From Vicinamibacterales bacterium (GTDB lineage Bacteria > Acidobacteriota > Vicinamibacteria > Vicinamibacterales > UBA8438), in assembly GCA_965223015.1 (NCBI GenBank), contig CBDCVL010000004.1, positions 129,237 through 193,236 of the forward strand: a stretch of DNA of 64,000 nt. Reading direction: 5' to 3'. The notes beneath the pieces were generated by a model. The model worked only from the letters and a program-made list of their open reading frames with translations, had not been told where the DNA came from and ran no database searches. Shown piece by piece: positions 57,718 to 64,000 of this stretch. Position 1 is the first letter of the stretch. Every line of letters starts with the position of its first letter. The position numbers and the translations under genes were made by a program.

Positions 57718-57856
57718 GCCGCAGGATAGACCTTCCTTCCTTCATGTACGCTGCGAGGGTCCCGATGCCGCACGACGCTCCCGGGCTCGTCATTCCCCCA
57801 TCCCCCACAGCCGGCCGCCGCCTGAAGCGAGGAAAACGCTAACGCATTGAAAAAAA

Positions 57857-57934
57857 TGGCTCCTCACGTAAGACTCGAACTTACAACCCTCCGGTTAACA
57901 GCAGGCCCCGCCTGCTTCTACAGAGAGTGACGGA
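57857..57934 (-). tRNA. tRNA-Asn(GUU)-derived pseudo-tRNA: intact 3' half, degenerate 5' half
   Basis: The minus strand 57901..57857 reads CTGTTAA-CCGGA-GGGTT-GTAAG-TTCGAGT-CTTAC-GTGAGGA-G-CCA (anticodon loop with GTT, T arm, acceptor 3' strand, CCA). The upstream 33 nt cannot form a D arm or the anticodon stem; TCCGTCAC only imperfectly matches the acceptor. Confidence 0.5.
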
Positions 57935-58068
57935 GAGCGATCAAGTGCTACACCTTCCAGCGCTTCTCCACCAGACCAACAACTGCATAGCACTCGGTCT
58001 ACCAGAGGTGGACCCCATCCTTTGGACAGCTCAGCGGCCAAGTTAAGGTGGATTCCAGGTTCATGTTT

Positions 58069-58956
58069 CTAAGCCGCTTCCGACTGCGCTGACGAGGAGC
58101 GCAGCGACGAGGTCGGCGCACCTCCCAAATCCGAGTACGCCTCATCAGGCGTGCGATCATCGAGCGACGAGTGCGGTCGCTCGGCATTGTAGAAGTCGAT
58201 CCACCGGCCGATGCTGGCCCGCGCCTCGGAGCCAACCTCGAAGTCGTGCAGGTAGACGCACTCGTACTTGAGCGAGCGCCACAGCCGCTCGATGAAGACG
58301 TTGTCCATCCAGCGGCCCTTGCCGTCCATCGAGATCTGCACGCCTGCGTCTTTGAGCGTCTGAGTGAACTCCAGGCTGGTGAACTGGCTGCCGTGGTCGG
58401 TGTTGAAGATCGCTGGCGGTCCGTACTGCGCGAGGGCTTCCGCGAGGGCCTCCACACAGAACGAGGCATCCATCGTGTTGGACAAGCGCCACGACAGCAC
58501 CTTCCGGCTGGCCCAATCCTGGATCGCGACCAGGTACAGGAAGCCGCGGTGCAGCGGAATGTACGTCACGTCGGCGCACCAGGCCTCGTTCGCACGGTCG
58601 ACCGCTCGGTCGCGCAGCAAATAGGGGTAGACCCGGTGCTCCGGGTGCGGAACCGACGTGCTCGGGCGCTGGTACAGCGCCTGGAGGCCCATCTTTCGCA
58701 TCAGACGACGCACCCGCTTCCGACTGACGGCGAAGCCCTCCCGGCGCAGCCAACGCGCCATCTGCCGCGATCCGTAGAACGGGGTTTCCAGAAATTGCTC
58801 GTCGATCCGGCGCATGAGCTCGAGAGTCAACTCACTCTCCCCGAGACCATCGTCGTAGAACGTCGAGCGCGAGATCGACACCAAGCCACACTGTCGCGAG
58901 ATGCTCAGTTCGGAGTGGTTCGAGTCGATCAGCATTCGCCTTCGACCGTGACTCAA
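58069..58956 (-). CDS. IS3-family transposase OrfB
   Basis: 295 aa with [41 protein letters not shown] and [23 protein letters not shown]. Confidence 0.9.
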   Translation of the reverse strand: MSHGRRRMLIDSNHSELSISRQCGLVSISRSTFYDDGLGESELTLELMRRIDEQFLETPFYGSRQMARWLRREGFAVSRKRVRRLMRKMGLQALYQRPSTSVPHPEHRVYPYLLRDRAVDRANEAWCADVTYIPLHRGFLYLVAIQDWASRKVLSWRLSNTMDASFCVEALAEALAQYGPPAIFNTDHGSQFTSLEFTQTLKDAGVQISMDGKGRWMDNVFIERLWRSLKYECVYLHDFEVGSEARASIGRWIDFYNAERPHSSLDDRTPDEAYSDLGGAPTSSLRSSSAQSEAA

Positions 58957-59234
58957 CGGCCGAAGGCCTTGGACAAAAAATCCTTCTCGATGACGAGCTC
59001 GCCGACCTTCGCTCGCAGCTCCTGAATCTCCGCATCGCGAGACGCCTCTCGGCGCTGCTGGTGGTCCGAGAAGACGTCCACAAGCGCCTCCTGGGCTTTC
59101 TTCTTCCAGTTCGCGATCAGGTTCGGGTGGATCTTGTAGCGCGACGACAGCTCCGCCATCGTCTGCTCGCCGCGAAGCGCCTGCAGTGCCACGCGGGCCT
59201 TCAGCTCAGCGGGGTATTTTTTCCGTTTCTGCAT
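58953..59234 (-). CDS. IS3-family transposase OrfA
   Basis: 93 aa: [46 protein letters not shown]. Confidence 0.9.
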   Translation of the reverse strand: MQKRKKYPAELKARVALQALRGEQTMAELSSRYKIHPNLIANWKKKAQEALVDVFSDHQQRREASRDAEIQELRAKVGELVIEKDFLSKAFGR

Positions 59235-60650
59235 GATTCCGATCTCTCCATTCTGAGGTCGGAATCCACCTTAGCAACCTGTCCGAATTTCGGGGTCCAC
59301 CTCTACCTGGGTGAATCAGGGTATCCCTGGGGGGGGTACGTCACAATCGCGTCACAGTCAGCAAGCCATCGAATTGGGACCGTAGGGTTGGCCGACAGAC
59401 CGATCCTGGTCGTGGAGATATAGCGGAGTGGGCAGGAGAGACTGCAGACCGAACTTCCGCTTCTGTTGTTCGAGTTGACTTCGACGCCAGCGTCGCGCCG
59501 ATTCTTTCGCGCGACTTTTTTCCCGGTCAAGGATCTTCTCTGACGCAACCCGGAAGCCATGGGCTGGAATCCTCCCGGTCATCCTGCGGTCATCCAGACC
59601 GATCTCGGATACGGGTGGCCTACGCGCCACGGCAGCAGCTCGCCCAGCTTTCCTCGGTATTCGTCAGAGAGCAGAGTGTCGTCGCCTGGTCGGCTCGACC
59701 GCTGCACCTATCCTTGACTTCGTGATTGAAGTATCTCGCGTTGGCGGGCCATGACGTAATCGGTGACGCGGTCCTAGAGCGTTTTTCGAAAAGCTCTAGT
59801 ACTCGATAGGCGGTTCATGGTACTCCTACGTGCAACGTCCTGTAGGAGGATCAATGCGCGCCTATTCGATGGATCTTCGCGAACGAGTGCTCCACGAGAG
59901 CGACGCGGGCATGCCGGCGGCCGCGGTCGCGAGCAAATACCGCGTCAGTGCCTCCTGGGTCCGGCGGCTCACACACCGGCGGCGGGAAACCGGCGAAGTC
60001 GCCCCGCGCCAGCAGCGTTACGGGCGGCATCCGGTGCTCGCGTCCCAGCTGCACACGCTCGCGGCCTTGATCCGCGAGCAACCGGACCGCACCCTCGCCG
60101 ACCTACAGGTCGCCCTGGGTACGTCCGCCAGTCTGGCGACGATTTGGCGGGCCGTGAAACAGCTGGGCTTTACCGTAAAAAAAAACGGTACGCGCGTCCG
60201 AACACGATCGCCCCGACGTCGCGGCCGCCCGCGCGCAGTGGGCGACGACTGCCCCGACGCTCGACCCGACTCGCCTCGTCTTTCTGGATGAAAGCGGGGT
60301 CGCCACCAATCTCCTGCGGCGCTATGGGCGCAGCCTTCGCGGCCAGCGGGTCGCCGATCACGCGCCCCAGGGTCGGTGGGAGAGCAGTCCCTTCATCGCC
60401 GCGCTGCGGGTGACGGGGCTCACCGCGCCGGGGGTCCTCGATGGCCCGATGGACGGGGCCAGCTTCCTCGCCTACGTCGAACAGATCCTCGTACCGACGT
60501 TGCAGCCCGGTGACATGGTGATTGCCGACAACCTCGCCGCGCACAAAGTCGACGGCGTGCGCCACGCTATTGAAGCGGCCGGCGCGACGCTGCGCTTCCT
60601 GCCGCCCTACAGTCCCGATCCTGCGCCCTAGGGTTTTCTTGGACACTTGA

Positions 60651-61064
60651 TTGCGAGAGAGTACTCGCAGGAGGCGTGTCGAGATGGGGAAACCAGATCA
60701 AGAATCGGCGGCGGCGGAGGAAGCCCGAAGGGCGACCGGAGACGCCGCCGGGCGCGGCCGTGGGGGACGGTTGTCAGCCCGGCGCAAGCGCGAGACGGTG
60801 CTGCGTCTGCTGCGCGGAGAGGATCTCGAGTCCGTGTCGCGGGAGCTGGGGATCACGGCGGCGCGGGCCGCGCAGTGGCGGGATCAGTTTCTGGCCGCGG
60901 GCCAGGCCAGCCTGAAGAGCCGGGCGCCGGACGCCTGGGACGAGGCGAATCGTCGGCTGCAAGCCAAGATCGGTGAACTACTGATGGAGAACGAACTGCT
61001 CTACGCGAAGGTGGACCAGTTGGAGGTGGGCGGCCCTTTGGCCCGACGGAGGTCGAGGCGATGA
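60651..61064 (+). CDS. Transposase OrfA (HTH plus coiled coil)
   Basis: RKRETVLRLLRGEDLESVSRELGITAARAAQWRDQF...IGELLMENELL. The start may be Met at 60684. Its stop overlaps the orfB start (ATGA). Confidence 0.75.
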   Translation: MRESTRRRRVEMGKPDQESAAAEEARRATGDAAGRGRGGRLSARRKRETVLRLLRGEDLESVSRELGITAARAAQWRDQFLAAGQASLKSRAPDAWDEANRRLQAKIGELLMENELLYAKVDQLEVGGPLARRRSRR

Positions 61065-61954
61065 AGGACGCCCACTCGATCTCCACGCGGCGGGCGTCTG
61101 GCGTGCAGCGGGTCTGCCGCGTGTGGCACCGCGCCCGCTCTAGCGTGTATGCGCGGCGGCAGGCGACAACGTCCCGGGCGCCGTGTCGGCGGCGTGGGCC
61201 GGTGGGCGCCGCCCCGGACGACGTGCTGGCCGGCCACATCCGCCGACTGCTCGAAGCCTCGCCCTTTCACGGCGAAGGGTACCGGAAAGCCTGGGCGAAG
61301 CTCCGGGTCGCGGGGATCCGCACCTCGCTGGAACGGGTGCGTCGGTTGATGCGGGAGCACGACCTCCAGGCCCCGCACCGCGTGGGCCACGCGCACGGCC
61401 CGAAGGCGCACGACGGCACGATCACCACCGCGGCCCCCGATGTGATGTGGGGCACGGACATGACGGCCACAGTGACCGTGGGCGAGGGCGCGGCCTTCGT
61501 CTTCGTGGCCGTCGATCACTGCACGACCGAGTGCATCGGCCTGCATGCGGCCAAGCGCGGGACCCGATTTGAGGCCCTGGAGCCGATCCGCCAGGGCGTC
61601 CGCGCCCGCTTCGGCACGATTGGCGAGGGCGTCGCCCGCGGGCTGCGTCTTCGGCACGACCACGGGTCGAACTATCTGGCTGACGACTTTCAACAGGAGG
61701 TGGCGTTCTTCGGCATCGAGAGCTCGCCGAGTTTCGTGCGGGAGCCCGAAGGCAACGGCGTCGCGGAACGCTTCATCCGCACGCTGAAGGAGAATTTGTT
61801 GTGGGTGCGGAGTTTCGACACCATCGAGGAGCTCCGCCTGGCCTTACTCGAGTTTAAGCGGACGTACAACGAGCAGTGGATGCTAGAGAAGTACCACTAT
61901 CAAAGCCCCGCTCAGGTGCGACGTGACTTCGTCGGGCTGGACGCGGCAGCATAG
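61061..61954 (+). CDS. Transposase OrfB (rve integrase-core DDE)
   Basis: 297 aa with WGTDMT, RHDHGSNY and EGNGVAERFIRTLKE. Confidence 0.85.
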   Translation: MKDAHSISTRRASGVQRVCRVWHRARSSVYARRQATTSRAPCRRRGPVGAAPDDVLAGHIRRLLEASPFHGEGYRKAWAKLRVAGIRTSLERVRRLMREHDLQAPHRVGHAHGPKAHDGTITTAAPDVMWGTDMTATVTVGEGAAFVFVAVDHCTTECIGLHAAKRGTRFEALEPIRQGVRARFGTIGEGVARGLRLRHDHGSNYLADDFQQEVAFFGIESSPSFVREPEGNGVAERFIRTLKENLLWVRSFDTIEELRLALLEFKRTYNEQWMLEKYHYQSPAQVRRDFVGLDAAA

Positions 61955-62190
61955 ATGCGAATACCGTCAAACCACTGTCCAAGAACCCTGGGGCGCTACA
62001 CCGACTTCAACCCCATCGAGCTGAGCTTCGCCAAACTCAAAGCTATCGTCCGCCAAGCCCGCTGCCGCTCGCTCGACACGCTCTGGCCGCTCCTCGGTGC
62101 GTGTCTGTCGCGCTTCACCCCCACCGAATGCCGCAACTACGTCCATCATTGCGGCTACACGGCCGCCAAAGCGTCATGAAAAACGCTCTA

Positions 62191-62595
62191 GGGCGCAAGA
62201 ATGGCCACGTAAGCTTCCCCGTCAAGTCACTACTACCACCCGCCACCCCCTATCTATCGATGGCTCGCCGAGCAACCCCGGTGAAATTTGCGGTGGTCAA
62301 GCTCCCCTCCGACAGGGATCTCAACACGTTCTACCTCGTCTACTCGACCTATCACTGGAAGCCGCTGGTAAACGGGTTCGACGGAAGCTTCATCACGGCC
62401 TACCACCACAGGCTGCTCTTCGACGTGCTGTCCGAGTTTCCCGAACCACGCGCCGTGCGAGAGCTGTCTCAGATCCAAGGGCTGCGCTATGTCGTCGTCC
62501 ACACCGATCCCGCCGGCCGGCACTTCAGGCTCCGGGGTCACGAGCGGACTCGACGGCGGCTGGCATCGGCGCTGGATCACCTACGCCCACCTTGA
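62191..62595 (+). pseudogene. C-terminal fragment resembling the periplasmic tail of membrane glycosyltransferase-like proteins
   Basis: FYLVYSTYHWKPLVNGFDGSFITAYHHRLL...LRYVVVH. No matching N-terminal part lies upstream on either side of the IS630 element. Confidence 0.35.
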
Positions 62596-62696
62596 GGCCG
62601 GTCTGGAGCGAGGGCGGCTCTACGGTGCTGGAACTCGTCGATCCCCCGGGTGGCTGGGTCGGCTCCACCCTTCACCGTTTCGCCCCAGGAAGCCAT

Positions 62697-63037
62697 ATGA
62701 AAGGGCGACTGCTGCGATTCGAGGCCCGCGCCGTTGGGCCAAGAGTCCGGCAGGCAGGGGGCCAAGCCCGGGTGCCCTTCGTCGCACACTTCACGGTGGA
62801 CGGGGGCACGGTGACTGGCACGCTGGATGGCATCGGCGGCGAAACCGATCCCATCATCGAGAACGGCAGGCTCGATGGCAATACGGTGCCTTCTCCGCCG
62901 TCCGCCAGATCCAGGACGAGCCGGTGACCTTCCACTACACGGGTGAACTGGAGGGCGACACGCTGACTGTCACGATGCTCCGCGAAGGCACCGACGACTC
63001 GCCCCTCATGAGTGTGACGACGAGGGCCGAGGAATAG
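62697..63037 (+). pseudogene. Small hypothetical beta-rich protein, frameshifted near 62895-62905
   Basis: ...HFTVDGGTVTGTLDGIGGETDPIIENGRLDGNTV (track ORF 62097..62927) continues in another frame as SFSAVRQIQDEPVTFHYTGELEGDTLTVTMLREG (track ORF 62489..63037). Confidence 0.35.
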
Positions 63038-63052
63038 GCGGAGACGTCGCGT

Positions 63053-63749
63053 TCAGCGCACCGGAAAGTTGAAGTAGGTCTCGGGATACGGCTCATCTGC
63101 AAGCGTGAAGTGCCACCACTCGGGCATGTAGGGCACGAAACCGTGGGCGTGCATGGCCCTCGGCCAAGAACCGGCGGTTGGCGCCCTGGGCGTCAGTGAG
63201 GCCCGTGTAGTCCACGGCCGATTCCACGCCGAAGAAATCGAACGGTGTCCCCATGTCCACCTCGGCGCCGTCCGGCAGCCGGACAAGGGTCACGTCCACC
63301 GTGCTGCCCCGCGAGTGGCCGGACGCCTCCGCGATGTAGCCGCGCACGAAAAGCTCGGATTTCGGCACGTCCGGGTAGTACTCCGCCTTGGTGCGGTCGT
63401 CCGATAGCTCGGCGGCCCAGCGGACGAAGTGATCGACGGCGGCCTGCGGGCGGTAGGCGTCGAAGACCTTCAGGCCAAACCCGCGCGCGTGCAACCAGGC
63501 CTGGACCTGTTGCAGCGCGGTGGCGGCCGGTCGCGTCAGGATCGCCGCCGGCGCCTCGTACCCGTCTACCGGCGCGCCGACGAAGTTGTCCGCGCCGTAG
63601 TAGCGGATGTCGAGGACGATGCCCGGGACCGCGTCGCCGAGGCGAACGAAGTCAGCGGGCCGCGCCTCGTCATCCTGCGGCCAGACCGGGGTGGCTACGG
63701 TGACGACGATGGCGAGTACCTGCGTGTACGTCGTCAGACTCGATGGCAT
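63053..63749 (-). pseudogene. VanX/DdpX-type D-Ala-D-Ala dipeptidase (M15D), frameshifted near 63156-63160
   Basis: LDIRYYGADNFVG, FDAYRPQAAVDHF, SGHSRGSTVDV and DMGTPFDFF lie in one frame. AMHAHGFVPYMPEWWHFTL lies in the other frame (track ORF 63053..63286). The N-terminal signal-anchor starts at Met 63749. Confidence 0.75.
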
Positions 63750-63756
63750 AGTTGGG

Positions 63757-64000
63757 TGAGGTGGACCCCATTCTCTGGACAGGTGTTCGTCACAGCTAAG
63801 GTGGAATCCGGGGTCATGATTCAAGCTACTTTGGGCTGACAGGAGACGGGGCGTAGTCCCGGGCTCCTGTCAGCCCCGTCCTCAGTGTACGCCTCGTCCG
63901 GCGTCCGGTCGTTGAGCGACGAGTGGGGCCGGCGCCGGTCATAGAAGTCCATCCACCAGCCGATTCCGGTACGGGCCTGGGAGCCGGGGGTCATGAGTCA
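63757..64000 (-). mobile_element. IS3-family insertion sequence E, left end only (runs off the window)
   Basis: TGAGGTGGACCCCATTCTCTGGACAG...CTAAGGTGGAATCC is collinear with the left end of IS3-D (58004-). The minus-strand frame encodes an OrfB C-terminus-like sequence. Confidence 0.75.

Larger units (their letters stand above)
58004..59304 (-). mobile_element. IS3-family insertion sequence D, with 3-bp target duplication ACC
   Basis: The termini are AGAGGTGGACCCCATCCTTTGGACAG... and ...CTGTCCGAATTTCGGGGTCCACCTCT. ACC lies at 58001-58003 and 59305-59307. It shares the GGTGGACCCC terminus with IS3-B and IS3-E. A T6 run on the coding strand lies at 58984-58989. Confidence 0.9.
60619..62001 (+). 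mobile_element. Two-ORF rve-type insertion sequence (IS3/IS481-like) nested in the IS630 element, with 4-bp target duplication CCGA
   Basis: The termini are TCCTGCGCCCTAGGGTTTTCTTGGACA... and ...TGTCCAAGAACCCTGGGGCGCTACA. CCGA lies at 60615-18 and 62002-05. Removal restores tac agt ccc gac ttc aac ccc (YSPDFNP). Confidence 0.85.
59854..62179 (+). pseudogene. IS630-family transposase, disrupted
   Basis: MRAYSMDLRERVL...LGFTVKK is followed by a frame change at an A9 run (60177-60185), then [17 protein letters not shown]...LVFLDESG...RFLPPYSPD. The inserted IS follows, then FNPIELSFAKLKAIVRQA... to 62179. Confidence 0.8.
59777..62188 (+). mobile_element. IS630-family insertion sequence flanked by TA, itself interrupted by another IS
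   Basis: The terminal repeats are GAGCGTTTTTCG (59777-) and GAAAAACGCTC (-62188), with TA at 59775-76 and 62189-90. The length minus the inner insertion is about 1025 bp. Confidence 0.85.

Noticed and set aside
59308-59775. Possible integrase or other gene remnant between IS3-D and IS630
   Set aside because: I translated all frames on both strands and found only short ORFs (up to 90 codons) with no recognisable motif, so it is left unannotated.

Overview
High-GC bacterial chromosome window that spans the replication origin and splits into two parts. Positions 1-36.9 kb are conserved core. The minus strand carries parA (partial), a parS-like palindrome, then rsmG-mnmG-mnmE-jag-yidC-yidD-rnpA-rpmH. 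The plus strand carries dnaA-dnaN-gyrB-gyrA, with TTCCACA-type DnaA boxes and an AT-rich unwinding region. These are followed by a 10-gene Mbh-type Mrp cation/proton antiporter cluster with a split MrpA, pcrA, glmS, glmU, a histone-H1-like/TPR protein, rsmI, a DUF885 protein, an FmdB zinc ribbon, galU, serS and tRNA-Ser(UGA). Everything right of that tRNA (36.9-64 kb) looks accessory and decayed. It holds an ECF sigma/anti-sigma pair and a BlaI/BlaR1-like signalling module whose sensor protein has an unusual double-metalloprotease architecture and is cut by an IS256 element. Beyond that is an IS graveyard with at least 11 IS copies or remnants (IS256, 2x IS30, IS21 remnant, 6 IS3/rve-type, IS630), several nested and several with readable target-site duplications. 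This region also has at least 6 frameshifted genes, a tRNA-Asn 3' half and several small repeat or hairpin families. I found no CRISPR array, rRNA, reverse transcriptase or recognisable defence operon. The best candidates for something undescribed are the BlaI/BlaR1-like module with tandem operators, the ECF/anti-sigma(SecD-head-like)/secreted-protein trio, a 168-bp multi-hairpin element between galU and serS, a 0.55-kb unexplained non-coding stretch between rsmG and parA, and a about 100-bp hairpin repeat family. All family calls come from motif recognition by eye, with no database search.
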